Positions 38,926 to 48,030 of a DNA stretch of 64,000 nt are shown here, piece after piece. The DNA lies in the IMG/VR virus record IMGVR_UViG_3300005549_000002, positions 8,613 through 72,612 of that record. One strand, written 5' to 3'. The notes under the pieces are model-generated. The model saw only the letters and a list, made by a program, of their open reading frames with translations. It was not told where the DNA came from and ran no database searches. Within the stretch, counting starts at the first letter, position 1; each line of letters begins with the position of its first letter. The stretch is from a virus. The position numbers were made by a program, and so were the translations under genes.

Positions 38926-39197
38926 TCGCGACTCCAGGCGACGACGTCGAACGCGTCGCCGGCGCGCACGACCATGTGGTTGCCCGGCTTCAAGCTGCCG
39001 GCGAAATCGGGCTCGCGGTGCACCGTCACGGTGAAGAGCTCCTGGATCGCGACGTCGCCGCGGGCGAGCCGCACGACGTCGTTGTAGGTGAGGACCGCCT
39101 GGTTCGCGTTCCAGCACGCGACTTGTCGCGGGCGTCCGTTGACGAGGACGGTGATCTGCTTGGTGACGCCGGTGCTGGTATTTTCGCGCGCGCTCAT
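38922..39197 (-). CDS. Multi-ubiquitin (beta-grasp) domain protein
   Basis: ITVLVNGRPRQV..LTYNDVVRLA..FTVTV..GSLKPG..VVRAGDAFDV; AAGGAGG upstream. Confidence 0.7.
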   Translation of the reverse strand: MSARENTSTGVTKQITVLVNGRPRQVACWNANQAVLTYNDVVRLARGDVAIQELFTVTVHREPDFAGSLKPGNHMVVRAGDAFDVVAWSRE

Positions 39198-39445
39198 GGT
39201 GCATGGCCTCCTTCGGTGAGACGGTGGTGGGGTGGGCAGTAATCGCGATCGGGCCCGACGCGTACGGCGCACTTGCCGCAGAGCCAGCGATCGCAGGTAC
39301 CGCTCTTGGTTTGGACAGGGTAGTCGCATTGCTTGTTGGCGCCGCCCCAGCCGCACGACGAGCACTTGTGGCTCTCGCGCCGGCTGCGATCGCACGCGAT
39401 GCCGACGGCGTGCCCGTTGATGAAAAGGGTCCGGCAGCCCATCAG
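39194..39445 (-). CDS. Small Cys-rich zinc-finger protein
   Basis: CSSC, CDYP, CDRWLCGKC, DYCPPH. Confidence 0.55.
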   Translation of the reverse strand: MMGCRTLFINGHAVGIACDRSRRESHKCSSCGWGGANKQCDYPVQTKSGTCDRWLCGKCAVRVGPDRDYCPPHHRLTEGGHAP

Positions 39446-39759
39446 CGCGCCCGCACCTGCTCGGGGGTAAGCTGGCGGTAGTACGTAGAGGGCCCGCCGT
39501 CGCGCTGAGCGCCCCACGTGGGCCCTTCGCCGCCTCCCCAGGCGCAGTACCCGCCAGGGCGGCAATCCCAGCCGTCCTGGCAGCACGTGCCGCCACCGCA
39601 GCTATGCCAGTCGCGGCCGCAGGGGTTACCCGGCTCGGGCACGATGGGCCCGGGTTCGTTCCAGCGGCAGCTTTCCATCGAGGCGACGCAGGTCACCACG
39701 CTGACCGCCGAGAGGGCGGCGATGGCGATGGCGCAGAGCAAGGCAACCGGATCCTTCAT
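39442..39759 (-). CDS. Small exported Cys-rich protein
   Basis: Hydrophobic N-terminus, CC motif. Confidence 0.45.
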   Translation of the reverse strand: MKDPVALLCAIAIAALSAVSVVTCVASMESCRWNEPGPIVPEPGNPCGRDWHSCGGGTCCQDGWDCRPGGYCAWGGGEGPTWGAQRDGGPSTYYRQLTPEQVRAR

Positions 39760-40254
39760 GGGCGACTCCTTTTTTTCGGCGCGAGCACGTACGGGCCCGT
39801 GATGACGGTGCAGCGTTTGCTATGGGACGCGGGGCACGCGAGCGGCCGCCAGAGCTTGGCGGTCTGCCGGGAGTCCTCGGCGGCGATGAATCGGCGGCAC
39901 TCGCCGCACGTGATCGCGTAGAGCTCGGGCGGCGCCGTCGGTTTCATGCACGCGCCCCCTTGCCGCCCCGCACCTTCGGCCAGTTCATGCCGTACGTCCA
40001 CGAGAGCTTACCGTCGTCGTGCGATCCGTACGCGTGCGGCGGCAACGTGCAGACGTGGGTGTGCCATACCGCGCCGCAGCGCAGCGCTTTCGCCTTGCCG
40101 GCGGTGTCGGTTTCGGTCGATATTGCTTTGGTCGCGATGCTGAACACGATCGCCGTGCTGCTCATCGGCATCCTCTGGCTTGCGCTTGCCGTGCCGCTCA
40201 TCGGTGAGATCGTGCGCGAGCGCCGGCGCCGAGACTGACGGCCCCCCCCGAGGC

Positions 40255-41562
40255 TCACGCAGCGCCCGCGGTACGCTCGGGAACGGCCTCGGCGACGAGC
40301 ACCGATCCGTCCTCGATGATGATGGCGCCCTCGTCGCCGTTGCCGACGCGCTCGATCCAGCACTGCGCCCCGGTCTCCTTGGCGAGCTCGGCGAGGAGAG
40401 CGAGGCTCGCGGCGTCGAGCAGCGAGCCCTCGCGGATGAGCATGACCTTGACGCGCGGGTTCAGGGCGGCGCCGATGGCGACCGACAGGCGCAGGCGCTC
40501 GGCCTGGCTCGCCTGCGCGAGCGGCACGCCGCCGAACGTCGGGCCGGCGTCGTCGAAGCCGAGCCCTTCGATGGGAAACTTCACCGCCGCGAGGCGCTCG
40601 GCTTTTTCTGCGTCGAGATCGGCGATGACCTCGGAGAGCTCGTCGCCCTCTTTCGCCTTCGCGGTCGCCTCCTGCTCGAGCCGATCGTAGTAGAGGTTGG
40701 CGCGCACCTTGTGGTTGGTCGCCTCGGCGCTGCTCAAGGCACTTTGCAAGTCGTCGACGGGCGCGGGCTCGGGGGGCAGCGCTTCCTCGGCGGCGAGGAT
40801 GGCTTTCACCTGCTGCTCGCGGCGCACCTTGGCCTCGGCGAGATCGCGTTCGAGCTTGGCGATCTGCTCGTCGATAAAACCGAGCTTGGCGCGGTCCTTG
40901 TCGACGAGGGCGAGCAACGTGGTGCGCGAGCCGACGGCGTTGCGGTGGATCTGCAGCTTCTCATTGAGCGCGGCGATGTCGACGAGCTGCTTCGGGGCGC
41001 CGGGGTGGCGCTCGGTGGATTTGAGGACCGCCTCGAGCCGCTTGACCTCTTTGTTCACTTCGGCGCGTTTCTGGTAGGCGACGTCGCGCGCGCTCGCGAG
41101 ATCGGACAGATCGAGCCCGACCATCTTTTTCAGGAGCTCGTCCTGTTTCGGCGCCTCCATGCGGGAGAACGCGAGCGGATCGAACGTCACCTTGGCGCAG
41201 AGACTGTCGAGCAGCTTTTGTGGGCTCGCCTTGGGCACGCCGTCCGCGCCGCGCACGACGAGCTCGGTGCCCTTGGCCGTGAAGGTGCGTTCGATCTTGA
41301 ACTCGACTTCGCCCGTCTGGGAATTGCCGAGACCGACATCGACGTCGGCCTTGCGCGTGCCGTGGCGGACGGGTTCGAGCGGGATCGCCCGAGCGCCCGA
41401 GAGCGCCATCTCGATCGAATCGAGGATCGAGCTCTTGCCTTGGCCGTTGCGGCCGCCGATGAGGATGGTGTCGCCCTCCGGCGTGATCGTGACGGCGCGC
41501 AGGCGCTTCACATTGGAGACTTCCAGAGAAAGGATGTGGAGGGGAGTCTTCTCGTTGCTCAT
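40255..41562 (-). CDS. SMC/Rad50-like AAA ATPase
   Basis: GRNGQGKSS Walker A, coiled coil, ASQAE signature, GSLLD. Confidence 0.85.
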   Translation of the reverse strand: MSNEKTPLHILSLEVSNVKRLRAVTITPEGDTILIGGRNGQGKSSILDSIEMALSGARAIPLEPVRHGTRKADVDVGLGNSQTGEVEFKIERTFTAKGTELVVRGADGVPKASPQKLLDSLCAKVTFDPLAFSRMEAPKQDELLKKMVGLDLSDLASARDVAYQKRAEVNKEVKRLEAVLKSTERHPGAPKQLVDIAALNEKLQIHRNAVGSRTTLLALVDKDRAKLGFIDEQIAKLERDLAEAKVRREQQVKAILAAEEALPPEPAPVDDLQSALSSAEATNHKVRANLYYDRLEQEATAKAKEGDELSEVIADLDAEKAERLAAVKFPIEGLGFDDAGPTFGGVPLAQASQAERLRLSVAIGAALNPRVKVMLIREGSLLDAASLALLAELAKETGAQCWIERVGNGDEGAIIIEDGSVLVAEAVPERTAGAA

Positions 41563-41576
41563 GTCGGGCCTTCCTT

Positions 41577-42656
41577 TCAACCGTCGGCGCCTGGTTCGGG
41601 GGCGCCGTCTTTGCCCGCGGCGGGATCGCCCTGGGGCTGCGCGCTCGTGTCCGCGGGCTTTGCTTCGCCCGCCTTCGCGCTCTTCACCGCGGCCGCCGTT
41701 CTGGTTTTGTGCTTGTCGAGGACCTCTTGCACCTTTTTGGCGGCCGCGTTGTCCTTCTGCTCGCCCTCGGCCGCCGGCGCCTTCGCGTCGACGATCGCGG
41801 CCCAGGTCGTCTCGCCGTCGCGGATGGCCGAGTGGATGCCGCGAAGGTCCGCGAGCTGCGCCGGCTGCAGATCGCCCTCGGTGCCGAGGTATTCCTTGAG
41901 CTGGTCGGGCATCACGCCGAGGAGCGCGAAGGCGTCGAAAATGCGCTTCTTGGCCGCGGCCGGATCCGTGGCATCGGTCTTGCGCTGCGTCGCGCGGCAC
42001 GCCGCTTCGCAATCGTCCTGGATGTCGCCGGGCAAGAGGCGCAGGACGCCGTTGCGCAGCGCCTTGGAGATGAAGGCGTTGGTTTTGTTGAGCACCTCGT
42101 CGTCGGTCGCGGGCACGATGAAGACCACGTCGCCGTAGGAGTTCATGCGCTCCGCGAGCGGGCGCTGCCCTTGCTTCAAGAATTTGCGCTCGACGGTTTT
42201 GGTGACGTGCACGTCCTGCTCGATCGTCGAGTTCGCCTCGAGATCCATCACCGTGATGCGCACGATCGCCTTCTCGTCGTCGTCGTAGATGCTCGTCGCC
42301 GACGAGTAGAAATTGGTGACGTTGCGGATGGCGGCTTCGGCGAACCGGACCGAGAGCCCCTCGACGAAATTCTTCTCATAGACGCCCGTCTCCGCGTTCT
42401 TCTTACTGCCGACGGGCTTTCGGTAGATGGCGGCTTCGGCAAAGCCGGGGCGCGCGCACTCCTTCATGAGTTTGCTCCGCACCACGTCCCAGTCGCGCGG
42501 CTGTTTCATCGCGAGGACGTAGCGGGCCTCGATCGAAGCCTTGGCCGCCGCGGCGATCGCGCTGGAGGCGGTCTCGTGCTGGGCCTGCATCTCGCTGCTC
42601 GAGAAGCCTTGCCGCACGATGGCGCCGCTATTGTTATTCGGATCTTGCTGGGTCAT
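41577..42656 (-). CDS. Putative single-strand annealing/recombination protein
   Basis: Directly downstream of YqaJ; AMKQPRD..EGLSVRFAE..SKALRNGVL. Confidence 0.55.
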   Translation of the reverse strand: MTQQDPNNNSGAIVRQGFSSSEMQAQHETASSAIAAAAKASIEARYVLAMKQPRDWDVVRSKLMKECARPGFAEAAIYRKPVGSKKNAETGVYEKNFVEGLSVRFAEAAIRNVTNFYSSATSIYDDDEKAIVRITVMDLEANSTIEQDVHVTKTVERKFLKQGQRPLAERMNSYGDVVFIVPATDDEVLNKTNAFISKALRNGVLRLLPGDIQDDCEAACRATQRKTDATDPAAAKKRIFDAFALLGVMPDQLKEYLGTEGDLQPAQLADLRGIHSAIRDGETTWAAIVDAKAPAAEGEQKDNAAAKKVQEVLDKHKTRTAAAVKSAKAGEAKPADTSAQPQGDPAAGKDGAPEPGADG

Positions 42657-43744
42657 CGTTTTGATCTCCTTCGTCCTTGTCCGTAGCGAATCTTGGGAAG
42701 CGTCTCGCGCTCGACGCTCTCGGCGAGCAAATCGACCAGCGTGTTGGTATTGGCGGGCGGTAGCGCGGCCGCTTTCACGAGGCCGCCGGGGTGCCCCTTC
42801 AGCGGCATGAGCTTGCGCGCCTCGCGCGCCTCGACTTCGTAGGCTTCGCGGGCCTCGGTCGCCCAGCGCCAGATGCTTTTCCCGCCGACGGGCTCGGGCA
42901 GCACGCCGTAGCTGGCGGATCCCATGGCGTGCATGATGAGCTGTTTGAAATGCTGCTGGCGGCGCTTGAGCTCGGCGCGCTGCGTCGATGCGTCCTGGTA
43001 CGCGCGCGTCCACTCGAGCGCCTCGGCCGGCAGCGCGACCGTTGTGCCGTTCTCGCGGGGGTAGAGGCGCTCGAGCGCTCTCGTGGCGCCGGGCTTGCCA
43101 TCGAGCGGCGGCCGCGGCGGCGTGAGCGTGCGAACCATTTCCATGAACCGCTCCGACTCCTCGACGATGGCGGCGTGAAACTCGGCGTTCGCCTCGATGT
43201 TGATGCGCACGGGGCGCTGGCCGCCGATGAGGCAGAAAATGATGGCGCGCTCGGCGCCCGTCACCAGCATTTGGTGCTGGGCCTGCAGGATCACGTGCGT
43301 CGGGCAGAGGCTCGTGTCCTCGTTCCAGTCCTTGGCGCGCCACGCGCTCGTCGTCTTTCCCTCGTAGATATGCCAGCCGCCCCGGCCGCCGACGTCGACG
43401 GCGCCGTCGAGCGTCGCGCCGAGGTGCGGGTGCTTACGCGATCGGAGCAGCTCCCCGCCGGGCGCATGCTTCCACCCGTAGTAGCGGGCCGCCGATTCGA
43501 GGATCGCGCTCTCGAGCGCGCTGCCCCAGAACATCGGGCTATTGATGTTGACGATCTCCTCCGCGGGGCGTTCGGTCACCATCTCGACGTAGAGATCGAG
43601 GGCGGAGGCGAACGGGTGCTCGCCGAAAAGGGCGGCGGTCTTGCTCGCCGTCACCATGGTGCGGCGCATCGCGAGCCACTTCGCACGCTCGGCCACGGTG
43701 ACGCCGGTGAACTCGGCGGCGGGGAAAAGATCGGCGGTGCTCAT
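42653..43744 (-). CDS. YqaJ-like viral recombinase exonuclease
   Basis: WLAMRR..TAS, WGSALE, GATLDG, EGKT, QAQHQMLVTG. Confidence 0.88.
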   Translation of the reverse strand: MSTADLFPAAEFTGVTVAERAKWLAMRRTMVTASKTAALFGEHPFASALDLYVEMVTERPAEEIVNINSPMFWGSALESAILESAARYYGWKHAPGGELLRSRKHPHLGATLDGAVDVGGRGGWHIYEGKTTSAWRAKDWNEDTSLCPTHVILQAQHQMLVTGAERAIIFCLIGGQRPVRINIEANAEFHAAIVEESERFMEMVRTLTPPRPPLDGKPGATRALERLYPRENGTTVALPAEALEWTRAYQDASTQRAELKRRQQHFKQLIMHAMGSASYGVLPEPVGGKSIWRWATEAREAYEVEAREARKLMPLKGHPGGLVKAAALPPANTNTLVDLLAESVERETLPKIRYGQGRRRSKR

Positions 43745-43959
43745 TTGTCGGGCAGCCCCTTTCCCATGCGGAGCCGCTCGGCAGCGCGGATATCCGAGAC
43801 GATGGTGGTGACTTGTTCGAGGACGAGCTCGCGCGGGCCGCCGCGACCGAGCATCACTTCGATGGTGCCGAGGACGGCCCGCGCGAGCGCCTCGTCGGAG
43901 AGGGTGGCGATGATCTTCACCATGGGAAAGCGCGGATCGAGGTAGGTCCGCTCGGTCAC
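43741..43959 (-). CDS. Hypothetical protein
   Basis: GTG start, overlaps both neighbours. Confidence 0.4.
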   Translation of the reverse strand: MTERTYLDPRFPMVKIIATLSDEALARAVLGTIEVMLGRGGPRELVLEQVTTIVSDIRAAERLRMGKGLPDK

Positions 43960-44263
43960 GGCGCCACCTTGGCGGGGCAGACGTGCGCCCGGAAACGTGA
44001 CCAGCCGGCGTGGAGCGCTTCGTCGTAGGGCGCGGCCATTTGCCCGCCGAATGCATTCTCGACGACGACATAGGCGCCGTCGTTGACGGGTTCCGCGTTC
44101 AGGATGAGCTCGTCGCCGAAGGCGTCGCTCGTGTAGACGGTCCGCTGGCGGCATGCGCAGGGGAGCAGGCGCGCGACGACGCGGCAGACGCGCTTGCCCG
44201 GGTGAGCTTGCGCGGGGGGGAAGTAGGGCGTGCCGCGCTCGGGCTTGCCGAAGGGGACGCGGC

Positions 44264-44752
44264 TCACGACGCTAACGCCTTTCGCGCGGCGGCCATGAGC
44301 CGCAGGAAGTTCTTCGGGCGCTCGATGACGCGCCGATCGTTCGGATCGACCAGGTGGCCGACGTGACGGCGCAGCGCCTTCAGGGTATCGCCGCCGACCA
44401 TCGTGCGATGAATCCGAAACTCCCGCGCCGCCAGGGCGGTGGCGAGCGTGTTGGACGCGCAGATCTCCTCGGGCTCGTGCCCGTCCCACCAGTAGAAGTG
44501 CAGCTGGAAGAGGCTCAAGGCGAGGGGGTTGCCGTTCTTGTCGGCGTCGCATTCCCAGCGCTTGCAATTGCAGCGCTCGATGTCCTCGCGAAAGTCGGCT
44601 TCGGCTTTGGCGGTGACAACGAGCATGAGGCCGAGCTCGAGATCATCGCCGACCGCCAAGGCGATATCGCTCGCGTACCTAGTCGCCGTCTCGGGGGGCA
44701 AGGACGGCGCGAGCGACAGGATCGCGCTTGTGAAGAGGGCGGAGAGCGTCAT
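44264..44752 (-). CDS. Hypothetical protein, possibly lysozyme-like fold
   Basis: First gene after leftward promoter; TAKAEADF..SLFQL resembles the SLT core. Confidence 0.4.
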   Translation of the reverse strand: MTLSALFTSAILSLAPSLPPETATRYASDIALAVGDDLELGLMLVVTAKAEADFREDIERCNCKRWECDADKNGNPLALSLFQLHFYWWDGHEPEEICASNTLATALAAREFRIHRTMVGGDTLKALRRHVGHLVDPNDRRVIERPKNFLRLMAAARKALAS

Positions 44753-44795
44753 AGGCCACCGCCCCAACGGCAAGCGTAGTTCGGGTCCATGGATC

Positions 44796-44880
44796 TACCA
44801 CGACCGTAGTACGTACTACGAACGTGGTCAAGCGCCGGGCGCAAGTATTTTGCGCGAAGGAAACTAGTACGAACGTACGC
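44796..44880 (-). promoter_or_regulatory. Leftward early promoter with three operators
   Basis: TTGACC-N17-TACGGT on minus strand; operators at 44796, 44814, 44865. Confidence 0.65.
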
Positions 44881-44891
44881 CCGGCGACCGT

Positions 44892-45335
44892 TTAGGTCCG
44901 AATCGCGCGCAGCTGGGTTCCGGAGTGGCCGTGCATCATGAAGATCGACTGCACCATGGAAAGCGGCGCGTGCGGCTGCAGCTCGGCGAGCTCGCAAAAT
45001 GTCGCGCTGCGTGCCGCCGTCTCCGGCAGGATCAGTTCACACATGAGCGGGTACGGCGGGAAATCCGGCCAGAGGTGCTTGACGATGAAGCGGTACATCG
45101 CGAGGCCGCGCTGCACGAGCGTCGCGTCCTGCGGATAGTAGAGAAAGCCATCTTGTACGAACGCGACCTCGGTTCGGTTCGGGCACGGCGAGAGGCCGAA
45201 CGTGTCCGCCAGATCGCGCGGATCGCAGCAGTGCGGCTCGCCGGCGATGTTGTACGCGGTCTCGACGAGGAGCCGCACGTCCTTGCGCGCAAGTGCGCCG
45301 CGTAGCGCGTGATGCAACGTAAGCGGTCGTGTCAT
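44892..45335 (-). CDS. ImmA/IrrE-like protein lacking HExxH
   Basis: DPRDLADTFGL..LYY..QRGLAMYRFIVKHL..ELILP; downstream of repressor. Confidence 0.35.
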   Translation of the reverse strand: MTRPLTLHHALRGALARKDVRLLVETAYNIAGEPHCCDPRDLADTFGLSPCPNRTEVAFVQDGFLYYPQDATLVQRGLAMYRFIVKHLWPDFPPYPLMCELILPETAARSATFCELAELQPHAPLSMVQSIFMMHGHSGTQLRAIRT

Positions 45336-45473
45336 CCGACGAAGTGCCCCCTCGGCCGGATTAACATCGCGCTGATCAAGTATCCGTGTCTACGCCGAAT
45401 CGACCGGACCAAAACTTTTTTTTCGGCACCGGGGCAAACGTGCCCTGTGGATAAATCGTGCTTACGGGAGCAC

Positions 45474-46034
45474 TTATCCCTTGGGTGGCGAGGAGCGCCG
45501 CGGGGTCGGCTGCTCGGCGTGCCCGATCGGGGCGAAATACGTTTTGCGAAACCAGCGTGCTTTCTTGTCGAGGCGCTGCCGCTCGTTCAGATCGGCGCAC
45601 GTCTTCTTGAAGCGCTCGGCTTGGTTGAGCAGCCAGTAGGCGGTGAGCTCGTCCGTGGCGGTTTTGCGCGGGAGCTCGCCAACGCCGACGATCGCCCAGT
45701 CGAGCGTCGGGTCGAGCTGCATCGCGTGCGTAGCGATCTCGACCCATGGGCTCGTGGTGTCGTTGGCGATCTCGAGTGAGAGGGAAGGCGGTGGTTGTCT
45801 TGGCACGTCGGGCTCCTCGGGGGCGCCGACGCCGCTGACGATCCAGCTGCGCGACACCTTGGTAATGAAGGAAAGTTTCTCGGCCGCCTCGGCGCCGATA
45901 TTTTTGCGCGCGGGATCGGCAAGGATGCGGCGCAGGAACGAGCGGCTGAGGCCGGCGCGGACCGACAGTTTTTCCGGGGAAAGCTGGGTCAGGTCGCAGA
46001 GGTACTGCAACCGCTGTTGGATCGTCGTCGCCAT
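45474..46034 (-). CDS. CI-like XRE HTH repressor
   Basis: QRL..LSPEKLSVRAGLSRSFLRRI..VSRSWIVSGVG. Confidence 0.8.
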   Translation of the reverse strand: MATTIQQRLQYLCDLTQLSPEKLSVRAGLSRSFLRRILADPARKNIGAEAAEKLSFITKVSRSWIVSGVGAPEEPDVPRQPPPSLSLEIANDTTSPWVEIATHAMQLDPTLDWAIVGVGELPRKTATDELTAYWLLNQAERFKKTCADLNERQRLDKKARWFRKTYFAPIGHAEQPTPRRSSPPKG

Positions 46035-46057
46035 GCACCTACATCATGCCCAAATAC

Positions 46058-46120
46058 AACCACGCGCGTAATACAATTTTGCTTGACCACGTTTGTAGTA
46101 GTAATTATACGTTCGTACTA
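46058..46120. promoter_or_regulatory. Divergent CI/Cro control region with three operators and rightward promoter
   Basis: AT-rich; TTGACC(46083)-N17-TATACG; operators at 46058, 46085, 46105. Confidence 0.7.
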
Positions 46121-46121
46121 C

Positions 46122-46391
46122 ATGGGACGGGGCAAAATGGACGACATCGCGGCGCGACTGACGTGGGCTCGCACGGCTTCGGGAATGACGGCCTATGCGC
46201 TCAGCATCCGCGCGGGCCTCTCGAAAACCCATTGCTCGATGATCGAAAATCGCGAGCGCAGAAAGATCGAAGTGGAAACCGCTCAGAAAATCTCGGCGGT
46301 GCTTGGCATACCCTGGCCCTGGCTTTTGTCGGGCGAGGGCAACGCGCCGACGGAAGCGCAGATCAAAAAGGCAGTGGCGGGAGCAGCGTAG
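46122..46391 (+). CDS. Cro-like XRE HTH protein
   Basis: ARLTWAR..ALSIRAGLSKTHCSMIENR..WLLSGEG; divergent from repressor. Confidence 0.8.
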   Translation: MGRGKMDDIAARLTWARTASGMTAYALSIRAGLSKTHCSMIENRERRKIEVETAQKISAVLGIPWPWLLSGEGNAPTEAQIKKAVAGAA

Positions 46392-46564
46392 GCCATGGCC
46401 GCGCGCTCGGCGTTGCAAGTGGGTACGCGGCCGCTTGCGAGCTTTCCATTCGCGGCGCCCTATCACCACACCGTCCACCTTGGCGCCGCGCAAGGTGAAG
46501 GGCAAGGGCTGAAATGCACTGAACAGCACACGCAATTCGAAGAACGGGAGCGGGGGGCTCACTG

Positions 46565-47065
46565 ATGGCGCGGCAGCTCAAGGTCTATACGACGCACAAG
46601 GACCTGCGCAACCGCCGCACGCGCGAGGTGCGCGCCAAGACCGAATCGATGCTGCGCCTCTCGCGCCGCGAGCTCGAGCGCGGGCGCCTTCTTTTCCCGA
46701 GGAGCGAAGACGGCCCTCGTCCGCGCGTGCGCGGCGATTGCATTGCGGGACCGCGCCCATGCCCCTACGTCGCGTGCCGGTACCACCTCTACCTCGACGT
46801 CAAAAAAAACGGCGCCGCCATCAAGTACAACTTCCCCGATCTCGAAGTGGGCGAGCTTTCGGATTCCTGCGCGCTCGACGTTGCCGATAACGGCGGCAAC
46901 ACGCTCGAGGTGGTCGCCAAGCTCATGAACCTCGTGCGCGAGGCCGAGAGCCGAGCCAAGCGCGTCGTCGCCGATCACCTCCTCGACAAGGTGCGAGCCC
47001 GCAAACGGGAAGCGGACTCACGCGTGTGCGCGCGCGCGCGAGGGGGGGAGGGGGGCCGCCCATGA
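46565..47065 (+). CDS. Putative DNA-binding protein (Cys motif plus sigma70-r4-like start)
   Basis: PRPCPYVACRYHLYLDV..SCALDVADNGGNTLEVVAKLMNL. Confidence 0.55.
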   Translation: MARQLKVYTTHKDLRNRRTREVRAKTESMLRLSRRELERGRLLFPRSEDGPRPRVRGDCIAGPRPCPYVACRYHLYLDVKKNGAAIKYNFPDLEVGELSDSCALDVADNGGNTLEVVAKLMNLVREAESRAKRVVADHLLDKVRARKREADSRVCARARGGEGGRP

Positions 47066-48030
47066 CCGAGGAGTGGGTGCCGTTCCAGAAACGCCTCGCG
47101 AAGGGGGCGAAGCGTTCGCTGCCGCGGGGGGTGCGCTTCGTGCTGCTCGAGCTCGCTCTTGAGGCGCGGCAGCGCGCCGGGACCATCGAGCTACCCCTCG
47201 GGTGGACGACCGAGAAGGCCGTCCACGATCTCCTCGGCGGCAACAAAAAAGAGATCAACCAGGCGCTCCGAGAGTTCACAAAACCGGACGCAAGTGGAGT
47301 CCAAGTCGTTCAAATTGAACGAGATGACACCAAGCACAGACTAACTTTTTGCAAGTGGTCGCAATTTTCCGGGCCCAAGTCGAGCACGTCTCGCGTGCAA
47401 CTTTTCCGCGAGCGGAGGAAAAACGCCGACTTAGCTGGCGATGAAACGCAGGGCGACGTTTCCGAACGAAACGGCGAAACGCTCTACAGTACAGAACAGA
47501 ATAGAACAGTAGAGAACAAACCCCCCCTACCCCCCGAGGGGGAAGAAGAGGGCGACCCTAGTTCACCGCCCGAGCCGGTCGTGCACGACGGCGGTCGCAA
47601 GACGACCTACGACCAAGCGTGGCGCCTCTGGCGGGAATTGTACGAGGCGAGCCGACGCCGGTACGGCAAGTACGTCGAGGTGTTCGTGCAGGACGACCGC
47701 GTCGTGCAGCGGCTCGCGCACCGCGCCGAGGAGCTCGCCGAGGGCAACGCGGCGCGCACGGCGGCGCTCCTGCGCCATTGGTTCGTGAGCTTCCTGCGCG
47801 ACGACGGCGACATGAGCTGTCACGTCAACGCGCGGCACCCCCTTCGCCTGCTCGAGCGACGACTGCCGACGTACGGCGATCTGCCGAGGCCCGCATCGGT
47901 GACGCGCATCAAGGCGCCGCGCCCCGCCGAGCCGCCGCCGCTGTCGCAAGAAGAACATCTCGCCGCCGTCGAGCGCGCGCGCGCCATCGCACGGGGCATC
48001 GGCGATCCGAAGAAAGGATCGACCGCATGA
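47062..48030 (+). CDS. Putative replication initiator
   Basis: Precedes DnaB; STSRVQLFRER and TEQNRT..PPLPP linker typical of phage initiators. Confidence 0.6.
   Translation: MTEEWVPFQKRLAKGAKRSLPRGVRFVLLELALEARQRAGTIELPLGWTTEKAVHDLLGGNKKEINQALREFTKPDASGVQVVQIERDDTKHRLTFCKWSQFSGPKSSTSRVQLFRERRKNADLAGDETQGDVSERNGETLYSTEQNRTVENKPPLPPEGEEEGDPSSPPEPVVHDGGRKTTYDQAWRLWRELYEASRRRYGKYVEVFVQDDRVVQRLAHRAEELAEGNAARTAALLRHWFVSFLRDDGDMSCHVNARHPLRLLERRLPTYGDLPRPASVTRIKAPRPAEPPPLSQEEHLAAVERARAIARGIGDPKKGSTA

Noticed and set aside
45446-45454. DnaA box TGTGGATAA
   Set aside because: Single perfect copy with no cluster; insufficient to call an origin
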